This document shows positions 30,444-39,535 of a stretch of 64,000 nucleotides of DNA, piece after piece. Numbering within the stretch: position 1 is the first letter of the stretch; the number at the start of each line of letters is the position of its first letter. The position numbers were made by a program, and so were the translations under genes. Source of the DNA: a bacterium. GTDB lineage: Bacteria > UBA8248. A model generated the notes under the pieces. That model did no database searches. It saw nothing but the letters and a program-made list of their open reading frames with translations, and was not told where the DNA came from. Location: the NCBI GenBank assembly GCA_965204535.1, contig CBDBEV010000001.1, positions 2,400,001 through 2,464,000 on the forward strand. The letters run 5' to 3'.

Positions 30444-30537
30444 GGCGCGATATTTTCCCGGTAAATTATAAGCCCCAAATTCTTTGTTGATATGATACCC
30501 TTCCTTTCCATCATTTGGGAGATCAGGAGGAGCAGGG

Positions 30538-32100
30538 GTGGTCGTTCACACGCTGTCCACCGAAGAGAGGCTGCGCGTCATCCAGCGGGTGGGGCACGTG
30601 CTCAACTCGAGCCTGGACATGGAAGTCGTCCTGAGCCGCGTGGCGCACGAGGCGAAGGCGATATTCCCGCTGGATCATTTCGTGCTCTATCTCGTGAACC
30701 CCGACAAGAAGACCTACACCATGCGGGCGCTCGTATCGAGCGACGAAATACTCGAAGCCCCCCATGAAGACATCCCGCTCGAAGGCGGCACGCTGGGCTG
30801 GCTCATCGAGCACCGCGAAGCGCCGTATGTGATTTACAAGGATTTGGACTTGGAGCGTCCCTTCGCGGAGGATGAAGATGTTTTCCGGCGCGGGATGAGA
30901 AGCGGGATCCGCGCGCCGCTCGTCATCGGCGATGACGTTTTCGGCGAGGTCGCTGTGGCCAGCACCATGCCCGATCAGTTCACCGAGGAGATGGCGGAGT
31001 TTCTCTGCGAACTCACGCCGGCCATCGCCACGGCGGTGGCGAACGCGCGGACATACGCCGAACTCGAGGACATCAAGGACGGCTTTCACCAGGAGACGCT
31101 TCATCTGCGGGATCAGATCAAGGAGATTCACAACCCGGACGAACTCACAGGTTCGAGTCCGGCGGTGGAGGACATCAGGGAACTGATCGCCCGCGTGGCG
31201 CCCACCGAAGCCACGGTGCTCGTCCTGGGCGAGACGGGAACGGGCAAAGAGCTGGTCGCGCGCGGCATCCACCACCTGAGCGATCGCAGAGACCGCGTTC
31301 TGGTGAAGGTGAACTGCGCGGCGCTGCAGGAGACGCTTTTGCTGAGCGAATTGTTCGGCCACGAGAAGGGCGCGTTCACTGGCGCGGTGGGCAGAAAACC
31401 GGGCCGATTCGAGATTGCGGACAGGGGCACGATTTTTCTCGACGAGATCGGGGAGATATCTCCCGAGGCGCAGGTGAAGATTCTGAGAGTCATGCAGGAG
31501 AGGGAATTCGAGAGAGTCGGCGGCACCGAGACGATCCGGGTGGACGTGCGGATCATCGCCGCCACGAACCGGAATCTGGAGGAAGAGGTTCGCCTGGGCC
31601 GGTTCCGCGACGATCTCTACTTCCGCCTGAACGTCATCCCCATCGAAACGCCTCCGCTCAGGGAGCGCAAGGAGGACATTCCGGAACTGGTCGATTATTT
31701 TGTAAGTAAGCATGGCCCCCGCATGAACCGGCGCATCGAATCCGTTGACCCTCGGGCGCTGGATCGGCTCATGCGGTACGACTGGCCCGGCAACATCCGT
31801 GAACTCGAGAACGTGGTGGAGCGCGGGCTCGTCCTGGGGCGCGGTCGGGTTCTCCGGTTCGACAGGCAGCTTCTGGGTGAGGCGCCGCCGTCGGCGAGAG
31901 AGAGTGAGTTCACCTCGCTCGAGGAATACGAAAGACGCTATATCCTGCGGGTGCTCGAGCATGCGGGAGGCCGCGTATCCGGAGAGCGGGGCGCCGCCCG
32001 CATTCTGGGGATGAAGCCCACGACGCTTCAGAGCCGGATGAAGAAGCTGGGCATCGAGCCCCGCCGCGAGTTCAGGAGAGTGAACGGCAAGGCGAAATGA
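30538..32100 (+). CDS. Sigma54-dependent transcriptional activator (GAF-AAA+-HTH, FhlA-like)
   Basis: GETGTGKE, ELFGHEKGAFTGA, FLDEIGE, WPGNIRELEN, GAARILGMKPTTL. Confidence 0.92.
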   Translation: MVVHTLSTEERLRVIQRVGHVLNSSLDMEVVLSRVAHEAKAIFPLDHFVLYLVNPDKKTYTMRALVSSDEILEAPHEDIPLEGGTLGWLIEHREAPYVIYKDLDLERPFAEDEDVFRRGMRSGIRAPLVIGDDVFGEVAVASTMPDQFTEEMAEFLCELTPAIATAVANARTYAELEDIKDGFHQETLHLRDQIKEIHNPDELTGSSPAVEDIRELIARVAPTEATVLVLGETGTGKELVARGIHHLSDRRDRVLVKVNCAALQETLLLSELFGHEKGAFTGAVGRKPGRFEIADRGTIFLDEIGEISPEAQVKILRVMQEREFERVGGTETIRVDVRIIAATNRNLEEEVRLGRFRDDLYFRLNVIPIETPPLRERKEDIPELVDYFVSKHGPRMNRRIESVDPRALDRLMRYDWPGNIRELENVVERGLVLGRGRVLRFDRQLLGEAPPSARESEFTSLEEYERRYILRVLEHAGGRVSGERGAARILGMKPTTLQSRMKKLGIEPRREFRRVNGKAK

Positions 32101-32137
32101 ATCATTGCTCAAGATATGAGGCGCAAGGAGAAATTTG

Positions 32138-32869
32138 ATGGATAGAGCGATTTGGGCGATGTGGTACGACCTGCCCGAGGCGGGGGCGAACGAGTACATC
32201 GCATGGCTGCACGAGGTACATCTGCCCGAGATGCTGGAGCGCACGGGCTTCCTTTGGGCGGCGCACGTGGACAACGACAAGAGCGAGGAGCGAAAAGAGA
32301 ACGTGAACAGGCGTCTCACGCACACCGGCGACCCTGCTGTTCCGACCGGCAACGGGTATCTGATGCTTTTCGGCGCCGAGAGCGTCCACACGTTTCTGAA
32401 TCCCTCTCCTGCGCACCTGGCCGAAAACTGGGGGCCCGATGAGCGCGAGATGCTGGGAATGCGCATAGGATGCCGCGAATGCGTATTTGTGGAGACGGGA
32501 CGGATCGACGGCCCCGAGATTGCGCAGCGCGCGCCGGGCATCACGCCGGGCCCGAGAATCCAGATGGGGAGCTTCAACATCAATGCGCTCGTGAACGAAG
32601 AGGGCATGGGCGCGTGGTACGTCCAGCTTCGCTTTCCCCGGATGCAGACGCTTGAGGGCTGCGTGGGAATGCGCAAGCTGGTTTCGGTATACGGCTGGGC
32701 CAAGCACGCCGTGCTCTATGAGTTCGACCTGAACACTTCCGTCGAGCATTATTTCCAGAAAGAACTCGAGAGCGAGGAATGGTCGCGCGAAATGGTGGGC
32801 AGCCTCGTGCATGCGCCTGGTTCGCCCAGCACGGGGCGGCGCATCTGGCCGCCGGTCGATTCGTCTTGA
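32138..32869 (+). CDS. Hypothetical protein, two dimeric alpha/beta-barrel (EthD/DUF4286-like) halves
   Basis: Repeated 'W..EVHLPEML..GF' and 'WY..RFPRM..LEGC' patterns; RBS AAGGAG. Confidence 0.55.
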   Translation: MDRAIWAMWYDLPEAGANEYIAWLHEVHLPEMLERTGFLWAAHVDNDKSEERKENVNRRLTHTGDPAVPTGNGYLMLFGAESVHTFLNPSPAHLAENWGPDEREMLGMRIGCRECVFVETGRIDGPEIAQRAPGITPGPRIQMGSFNINALVNEEGMGAWYVQLRFPRMQTLEGCVGMRKLVSVYGWAKHAVLYEFDLNTSVEHYFQKELESEEWSREMVGSLVHAPGSPSTGRRIWPPVDSS

Positions 32870-32989
32870 GGGGTCGCCGCCTTTCTCGCCCTGCGTAGTC
32901 TTGGAACTTCCCCCTTTTCCCTCACCCTGAGTAGCCGCCGAAGGCGGCGTATCGAAGGGCGTCAAGGCGAGACCGCTGAGGGTCCTCGT

Positions 32990-33277
32990 GGGGCTGTTGA
33001 AAAAATCCTCCTGACAAAGGGGGTTGAACCCGACCGGGGCGGAAGGGTTCGCGGCAAGGGGGAATGGGGAGTTCGGGGGGAATCATGCTTCACGCGCCCC
33101 GCTCGCCCTTGCCCCGGCTTGAAAACCAACCCCCCCTACCCCCCTTATCAGGGGGGTATAAAGAGGCGATGCGCCCCCGCCGGGTTGAGGGGGTTTTGCT
33201 TTTTCTTGCCCCCCTGATAAGGGGGGTAGGGGGGGTTGCCTTTATCCCCCGACAAGGGGGACTTTTTCAATGGCCCC
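32990..33277. mobile_element. MITE-like element with 19-bp TIRs and possible CGT target duplication
   Basis: GGGGCTGTTGAAAAAATCC ... GGACTTTTTCAATGGCCCC; CGT at 32987-89 and 33278-80; interior CCCCTGA(T/C)AAGGGG hairpins. Confidence 0.6.
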
Positions 33278-33305
33278 CGTGGCGGATTCCTGAAGCCTTA
33301 CAATG

Positions 33306-33344
33306 AAACCGCCGGAGCCTCGTGCGAGACCCCGGCGGTTTTTT
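33306..33344 (+). terminator. Intrinsic terminator-like hairpin
   Basis: AAACCGCCGG...CCGGCGGTTTTTT. Confidence 0.55.
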
Positions 33345-33518
33345 CTATGAAACTTACTTCTTCTTCACGCCGATGCCGGCGAAAATCTTCCCGAAGCGTT
33401 CGTACCCACGGCGATATATTTTCTCTTTATGGGAAATAATGTATCTTCATTGCTCGTTTCGCGCAATCAAGATGAGGAGGTCGGCTCCTCATCGGATTGC
33501 GTCTTTGAGGAGAGGGAT

Positions 33519-33956
33519 ATGTTCGAGACTACGCGCGGCGGCGTGGACGTGGGACTTTCCACGAGGAACATCGCCGCGATGAAAAAGTTCTACACCGAGG
33601 TGCTCGGCCTGGAAGAAGCGGCGGTTATCGACGTGCCGGGCGATTTCGTGCGCGCGGCGGGTTTCGCCAAAGGCGGCGTGAAGCTCCATGCTCTGAAATC
33701 GGGCGAGGTTTTGATAAAGCTGCTTGAGTTTCCCGATACGCCCGCCTCCACGGATGCGCTGGCGGATTCGGCGGCCGGGTTTCGCTACCTCACCTTCTGG
33801 GTGAAGGACATGGAGGCCGCCGTGGCGCACTTACGAGATGCGGGCGTGGAACTGCTCTCGGATATATTGTCCCGCGTGCCCGAGAGAAAGACGATTTTCT
33901 TCAAAGACCCCGACGGCAATCTGCTCGAACTCAACTGGGTGGACCCGGCGGTTTGA
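33519..33956 (+). CDS. VOC/glyoxalase-family protein
   Basis: FYTEVLGL, YLTFWVKD, FFKDPDGNLLEL; start reassigned to MFETT. Confidence 0.82.
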   Translation: MFETTRGGVDVGLSTRNIAAMKKFYTEVLGLEEAAVIDVPGDFVRAAGFAKGGVKLHALKSGEVLIKLLEFPDTPASTDALADSAAGFRYLTFWVKDMEAAVAHLRDAGVELLSDILSRVPERKTIFFKDPDGNLLELNWVDPAV

Positions 33957-34007
33957 GATAAAACGGATGCACAGGCTTTTTCAATCCATACCCAACAGGA
34001 GAAAGAA

Positions 34008-34391
34008 ATGAAGCTGACGTACGATCACATTCATTGCGTGCACACCGACGTGGACGAGGCGGTAGGTTTTTATGTGAACGTTTTCGGGGCGACCGAGACC
34101 AACCGCATCGACAGGGGCGGTGCACCGCAGGTCTATCTCGACGTGCACGGGACGAGCGTCATCATCCGCGGCAAGCGCGACGGCGAGGAACTGGCGGCGG
34201 GGCCTGGCGGCTGGCCGCGCTACAGCATCGACCACTATGCGTTCTGCGTGGAGGGAAAACTCGCCGATGCGGTCGCCGAGGTGCGCTCCAATGGCGGAAA
34301 CGTCGTCGCCGAAGGCGAGGCGGATGAGCTCTGGTTCGCCTACGTCGAAGGCCCCGACGGCGTCGTCGTCGAACTGATGGAGATGAAGTAG
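34008..34391 (+). CDS. VOC/glyoxalase-family protein
   Basis: DHIH, DHYAF, YVEGPDGVVVEL. Confidence 0.82.
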   Translation: MKLTYDHIHCVHTDVDEAVGFYVNVFGATETNRIDRGGAPQVYLDVHGTSVIIRGKRDGEELAAGPGGWPRYSIDHYAFCVEGKLADAVAEVRSNGGNVVAEGEADELWFAYVEGPDGVVVELMEMK

Positions 34392-34431
34392 AAGACCGAC
34401 GCTGCAGCTGCGGGCGAGAGGGACATCCGGC

Positions 34432-35091
34432 ATGTTTCAGAGAATCTTTTTTGCGGCGGTCGTCTCGGGCGTGATCGCCGGGCTTTTCGCCACCGCGGTG
34501 CAATCACTTCAAGTCATCCCCCTGATATACGAAGCCGAAAAATACGAAAAGCGAGAACCCATCCCTCTCCCTCAAACCCACGAAGACCACGCGGATGAGG
34601 GAGGGGGCTTCTCGCGCCTCGCGCTCACCTTGGTCTCGAACGTCGTCTCGGGCGTCGGCTTCGCGCTCTTGCTCGTCGGTTGTTTCGCTCTTCACGGGAA
34701 CGTGGACTGGCGGCGGGGGATACTGTGGGGGGCGGGCGGATTCATCGTCTTCTCTCTCTCGCCCGCCATCGGATTGCCGCCCGAACTCCCCGGAATCGAC
34801 GCGGCCTCCCTGCCGCACAGGCAGCTCTGGTGGGTTCTCACAGCCGTGTCTACAGCAGCGGGACTTGCCCTGCTGGCCTTCAAGCCGGGAGTGTCCTTCA
34901 AGGCGCTGGGAGTCGGCCTCATCGTCTTGCCGCACATCATCGGCGCCCCCCACCCCGAAGCGGGCGGCGGGTTGGTTCCCCGGGCGCTTCTCAAGAGGTT
35001 CATCCTCACGGCGCTCATGGCTTCGGCCGCCTTCTGGGTGGTTCTGGGCCTTTGCGCGGGCTATTTCTTCAACCGCCTGAAGAGGGATTAA
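34432..35091 (+). CDS. cbtA: Putative cobalt transporter subunit CbtA
   Basis: PLIYEAEKYE, His-rich loop, PAIGLPPELPG, RQLWW, PHIIGAP. Confidence 0.85.
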   Translation: MFQRIFFAAVVSGVIAGLFATAVQSLQVIPLIYEAEKYEKREPIPLPQTHEDHADEGGGFSRLALTLVSNVVSGVGFALLLVGCFALHGNVDWRRGILWGAGGFIVFSLSPAIGLPPELPGIDAASLPHRQLWWVLTAVSTAAGLALLAFKPGVSFKALGVGLIVLPHIIGAPHPEAGGGLVPRALLKRFILTALMASAAFWVVLGLCAGYFFNRLKRD

Positions 35092-35207
35092 TTCGATTTG
35101 AATGTCGGAGCGGCCGAGAAATTTGGCTCCCGCCGCGGATTCCTCGCCGAACGCCGAGACGCCCGCCGAGGAATCTTCGGAAAAGTCGCGACCGAAGCCG
35201 TGGCGTT

Positions 35208-35645
35208 TTAGGGAGGGGGTGCCTGGTTTTGTTTTTCGATGAGATGTCTGATGCCGGCGGACGCCTCACGAATGCCGGCGGACGCCTCGCGAATGCCGGC
35301 GCCGATGTCCGCGAGCATTTCGCCTTGCTGCCTGAACGCCTCACCTTGTTGTTTGAACGCCTCTCCTTGCTGCCGGAATGCCTCTCCTTGTTGCCGGAGC
35401 GTTTCCCCTTGTTGGCGGAGCGCTTCTTCCTGGCGTTTGGAATCCTCTCTGAACGCCTCCCTCTGTTGCCTGATCATTTCCTCCAGATTATCGAGGTGGC
35501 GGTTTCTTTCCTTCGACGCCTCCCGCATCTGTATCAATCCGGCCCGAATGAAATAGCACTGCGCAAAGGCGGCGCACATGATGGCCAGAGGCGTCAGGAA
35601 TACGCCCAGCACTTCGAGGATGGTGACGTCGTTGGGGACGCCCAT
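35208..35645 (-). CDS. Membrane-anchored heptad-repeat coiled-coil protein
   Basis: N-terminal TM helix then (QQGEAFR)n and (EASAGIR)n 21-bp repeats; start reassigned to MGVPND. Confidence 0.6.
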   Translation of the reverse strand: MGVPNDVTILEVLGVFLTPLAIMCAAFAQCYFIRAGLIQMREASKERNRHLDNLEEMIRQQREAFREDSKRQEEALRQQGETLRQQGEAFRQQGEAFKQQGEAFRQQGEMLADIGAGIREASAGIREASAGIRHLIEKQNQAPPP

Positions 35646-35922
35646 GGTTTCTCGATCCTTTCCCCTCGTGTGAATGACGGCGTCTGAATTGTAGGAGAAG
35701 CGCGAAGCGGCGGCAACCCCTTGGTCGCCTCGGCCCGGTCGTCTACGCCATTCACTGCCGCCGTCTTTCTCGTTTTCTCCGGCGAAAGACTCCGACAAGC
35801 TTTACGGCAAATCGTATAATTACGACATATCACATAATCCTTACCTCTTTATTGACATCTCCTTTCAGCATCCGCTTCCCTAACCCCTTGTAAATTTAAT
35901 GGTTCGTTAGGTTTCTATGTTT

Positions 35923-35938
35923 TGGCACGAATTTTGCT
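35923..35938 (+). promoter_or_regulatory. Sigma54 (-24/-12) promoter
   Basis: TGGCAC-GAATT-TTGCT is an exact consensus match, about 60 bp upstream of an RBS-bearing ORF in an AT-rich intergenic region. Confidence 0.8.
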
Positions 35939-35995
35939 TGAAATATAGATAAGTAGTTTCCTGAGTACCGCAGTATGAGGGAAAGGAGGCGTGAG

Positions 35996-36196
35996 ATGGA
36001 ATTTCTCAAGATGTACGTGGTGGCGGGGCTTCCGGTTTTCTTCGTATTCGCCGCGATTTGGTGGTTCATGACCTCCAGCATCATCCATCAGCCTCAGGCG
36101 AAAACAGCGCAGACGAATGACGCCAGGATTGCCTTGGTCGAAACGAAACTGCTGGACGCCATTGACCCACAATTGGAATTGCGGAAAGCCGCCTAG
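35996..36196 (+). CDS. Small single-TM protein
   Basis: AAGGAGG RBS; MEFLKMYVVAGLPVFFVFAAIWWF hydrophobic segment. Confidence 0.6.
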   Translation: MEFLKMYVVAGLPVFFVFAAIWWFMTSSIIHQPQAKTAQTNDARIALVETKLLDAIDPQLELRKAA

Positions 36197-36233
36197 AAAC
36201 ATGGCTCAGGAATTCGGGAAACGGAGAGAAACG

Positions 36234-36704
36234 ATGTATGAGCGGATACTGATTCCACTGGACGGTTCGGAAGAGGCGGAAGCCGCCGCCCATGAGGTGG
36301 TTCACCTCTCGATGAACCCACAAGTCGTTCATCTGCAATTGGTGGAAAACGGGGTCATGCAGTCGAGGCAACTGGAGGGCTACACGATGTACGCCGATCA
36401 GATTCACGATGCGCGCAAGCGCTCGGGCGAGGCGTATCTGCAGCCCTTGCGTCGCAAGTTGGAAGCCAGGGGCCTGCGGGTCGAGGTTTCCGTGACGAGC
36501 GGCGACCCTTTGGGTGAGGTGATCGAGAGAGCCGGGAAATTGGACGCCGACCTCGTTCTCCTCGGCACCGGAGAGGGCGGATGGCTGAGGCGGCGCATCG
36601 GGCTGTCACACATCGCTCCGCGTCTGGCGAAGAGATTGCAAGCCCACGTCCTGCTGGTGCAGGTAGGGGCGAAACAGCAAGAGGCTCTCCAGAGAGCCGC
36701 ATAG
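36234..36704 (+). CDS. Universal stress protein (UspA family)
   Basis: MYERILIPLDGS, GDP...ADLVLLG. Confidence 0.85.
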   Translation: MYERILIPLDGSEEAEAAAHEVVHLSMNPQVVHLQLVENGVMQSRQLEGYTMYADQIHDARKRSGEAYLQPLRRKLEARGLRVEVSVTSGDPLGEVIERAGKLDADLVLLGTGEGGWLRRRIGLSHIAPRLAKRLQAHVLLVQVGAKQQEALQRAA

Positions 36705-36885
36705 AAAATCCTGCCGTGGCCCAACCACTGGGCTGCGCCCCACATACCTCCCCCCTGGTGGCCCACGCCATCCGGCAAGGGGCCGCCGGGAGGGGAATCC
36801 TCACTTTCCATGATTCGAGTCGTTCCGAAGCCGGCGCACGGATGCTAGAATCTCGCTTCATCCATGATTCGCTAAGGAGTGAGCG

Positions 36886-37782
36886 TTGAGAATCGGTATC
36901 CTGTGTCGCGATGCGACCTTACACGGCGTGCGGAGAATTTCCGACTGCGCCAGGCGCAAGAAGCACCGGGTGCGCGTGCTGGACCCGTACCGCTTCCTGC
37001 TGAAGCTCAGCGAGGGAGAGATATCGCTCGAGTTTCGGGGCAAACCCTTCCCGGGAGCGGACGTATTTCTTCCGCGCCTGGGGGCGAACATATCCGAGCA
37101 TTCCCTGGCCCTCATCCGCCACCTGGAAGCCTCAGGCTCCTTGGTGATCAACAACTCGCGCGCGATCGAGACGGCGCGGGACAAGCTCCGCACGCTTCAG
37201 CTTCTGGCGCAACAAGGACTTCCGGTGCCCAAAACGGCGTTTGCGCCTGATCCGGCGTATCTTCGCGCCGCGCTCGACAGCGTGGGCGGTGCGCCCGTCG
37301 TCATGAAACTCCTGCGCGGCACGCATGGCAAGGGCGTCATGCGCGCCCACGACGTGGAAGAAGCGCAGGCCATCTCCGAGTTGATGTGGAACTTACAGCA
37401 CGACGCCATCGTCCAGGAATACGTCGAAGAAGTAAGGCGTGGGGATTTGCGAATTATCGTCGTCGGGGGCGAAGTGGCGGCCGCCGTGAGGAGGCGCGCC
37501 TCTCAGGATGAGTTTCGCACGAACCTGCATCGCGGCGGTTCCGTGCAGAAAGTCACCCCCACCCCGCGGGCCTCTGAACTCGCGAAAAGCGCCGCGAGGC
37601 TGTGCGGGCTCGAAATCGCGGGCGTCGACCTGCTGGAGACGAAAAGGGGGCCTCTGGTTCTGGAGGTGAACGCCGCTCCCGGCTTCGAAGGCGTGGAGCG
37701 CGCCGGCGGACCCGATGTGGCGCCCGTCATCATCGATCACGTCGAGCGGCGTTACGAGGGATGGAAGAAGAGAAAAACCTGA
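36886..37782 (+). CDS. rimK: RimK-family alpha-L-glutamate ligase
   Basis: ARDKLRTLQLL, GTHGKGV, DLRIIVVG, FRTNLHRGG, GVDLL..LEVN. Confidence 0.85.
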   Translation: MRIGILCRDATLHGVRRISDCARRKKHRVRVLDPYRFLLKLSEGEISLEFRGKPFPGADVFLPRLGANISEHSLALIRHLEASGSLVINNSRAIETARDKLRTLQLLAQQGLPVPKTAFAPDPAYLRAALDSVGGAPVVMKLLRGTHGKGVMRAHDVEEAQAISELMWNLQHDAIVQEYVEEVRRGDLRIIVVGGEVAAAVRRRASQDEFRTNLHRGGSVQKVTPTPRASELAKSAARLCGLEIAGVDLLETKRGPLVLEVNAAPGFEGVERAGGPDVAPVIIDHVERRYEGWKKRKT

Positions 37783-37855
37783 ATCGTTTGCCGGTCTTTG
37801 CGCCCCGGCCTATAATCCACAGCCGGTCTTGAAGGATTGATGAGGGAGACTCGAT

Positions 37856-39169
37856 TTGAGCGACATCGACGCCATATGCCTTGCGGCGAGGAGTGCCGCG
37901 CTCGCACTGGCGCCCTTGACGAACGAGGTGCGGAACCGCGCCTTGGCCGCCATGGCGGACGCGATTGACGAGAACTCAGGAGCTATCCTGGATTCGAACG
38001 CACAAGATGTGACCGCTGCGGAACCGCTCGTAGCGAGCGGTGAGATGTCCGAGCCTTTTCTGAGACGCCTGGAACTCGGCGAGCGCAAGGTGGCGCAGAT
38101 GGCGGACAGCGTACGCGCCGTGGCCGCCCTGTCCGATCCGCTGGGCGTGGCGCGGATGGCGACGCTCCTCGATGAGGAATTGACGCTCAGGCGGGTCACC
38201 TGTCCTTTGGGCGTGGTTGCCGCCGTGTTCGAGTCCCGTCCCGACGCGCTGGTGCAGATCGCCTCGCTTTGCCTGAAATCCGGCAACGCCGCCATCCTGA
38301 AAGGGGGCCGCGAGGCCGCGCACACGAATCGCTTTGTATGTGAGTTGCTCAGGGATGCGGCGTCTTCGACGGACGAGGTTCCCGCCGAGGCGCTTCAACT
38401 CGTCGAGGCGCGCGAAGACGTGCAGGCGCTCCTCTCGCGCGACGATGCGGTGGACCTGCTCATACCGCGCGGGAGCAACGAGTTCGTCCGCTACATCAAG
38501 GAGCACTCGAACATCCCGGTGCTGGGCCACGCGGACGGTATCTGCCATCTCTACGTGGATGCGGCGGCAGATACGGAGATGGCTGTTCGGCTGACGTTCG
38601 ACGCCAAGACGCAATACCCCGCCGTCTGCAACGCCATCGAGACGCTTTTGGTGCACGAGAAAAAAGCGGGCGAGTTCCTCCCCCGGGCTGCCGAGGCGCT
38701 TGCGGAGAAAGGAGTGGCCATCCGGGGCTGCGATGCCACGCGGGCGATTCTTGTGAGCGCGGGCGAGGCAACGGAGGAAGACTGGGAGACGGAGTATCTG
38801 GATATCATCCTCTCCGTCCGGGTGGTGGAATCCTTGGCCCAAGCCGTCGATCACATCAACCGCTACGGCTCGCGCCACACCGACGCCATCGTCACGGCGG
38901 ATGAGGCGGCGGCGCGGACGTTTCTCTCCAGAGTCGACGCCGCAAGCGTCATGTGGAACGCCTCCACGCGCCTGGCGGACGGCTTCCGCTACGGCTTCGG
39001 CGCCGAGGTGGGCATCGCCACGGACAAGATCCACGCGCGCGGCCCCGTGGGTCTCGAAGGCCTGGTGACCTATAAGTACCAACTCGAGGGAAACGGCCAT
39101 CTCGTCTCGGATTACGAGGGGGCCGATGCGCGTCCCTTCCTCCACCGCCCGATTCCCTTAAACGAATAG
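37856..39169 (+). CDS. proA: Gamma-glutamyl phosphate reductase
   Basis: FESRP, LKSGNAAILKGG, VCNAIET, NASTRLADG, GAEVGI, HARGPVG. Confidence 0.95.
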   Translation: MSDIDAICLAARSAALALAPLTNEVRNRALAAMADAIDENSGAILDSNAQDVTAAEPLVASGEMSEPFLRRLELGERKVAQMADSVRAVAALSDPLGVARMATLLDEELTLRRVTCPLGVVAAVFESRPDALVQIASLCLKSGNAAILKGGREAAHTNRFVCELLRDAASSTDEVPAEALQLVEAREDVQALLSRDDAVDLLIPRGSNEFVRYIKEHSNIPVLGHADGICHLYVDAAADTEMAVRLTFDAKTQYPAVCNAIETLLVHEKKAGEFLPRAAEALAEKGVAIRGCDATRAILVSAGEATEEDWETEYLDIILSVRVVESLAQAVDHINRYGSRHTDAIVTADEAAARTFLSRVDAASVMWNASTRLADGFRYGFGAEVGIATDKIHARGPVGLEGLVTYKYQLEGNGHLVSDYEGADARPFLHRPIPLNE

Positions 39170-39182
39170 AGTTCTCCTAAGT

Positions 39183-39506
39183 TTGGGCAAGTGGGTTGTC
39201 GCCTCGTTCCTCGTTCTGGGCGGTGCGCTCGTCGTCTTTTTATTTATCTTCCAGAACCCCAAACAAGAAGAAACGATTCTCACCACGGGTGAAGGTGCTG
39301 CGATCTTCGCGCAGAACTGCGCCGCCTGCCACGGGGAGCGTGCCGAGGGCAGGCGTGAACTGGGAAACCCCCTGCGCGGCCGCGCGCTTCCTCTCGTCTA
39401 TATCAAAGAGGTCATCCGGCGGGGCAGGAACAGGATGCCTGCCCTGCCCCACATCCGGGGCGAGGCGCTCGAGAACGTGTCGAGATACGTGAATCGCCTG
39501 CCGTGA
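39183..39506 (+). CDS. Membrane-anchored monoheme cytochrome c
   Basis: N-terminal TM helix, CAACH, distal GRNRMP. Confidence 0.8.
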   Translation: MGKWVVASFLVLGGALVVFLFIFQNPKQEETILTTGEGAAIFAQNCAACHGERAEGRRELGNPLRGRALPLVYIKEVIRRGRNRMPALPHIRGEALENVSRYVNRLP

Positions 39507-39535
39507 TTTCGAGGTGCTGGCTTTTTCTCTCGCCT

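Noticed and set aside
30523-32703. 726-aa minus-strand ORF
   Set aside because: Antisense shadow of the sigma54 activator and its neighbour; expected in GC-rich DNA.
34391-34432. Cobalamin riboswitch before cbtA
   Set aside because: Only 40 bp of intergenic space and no B12-box recognised.
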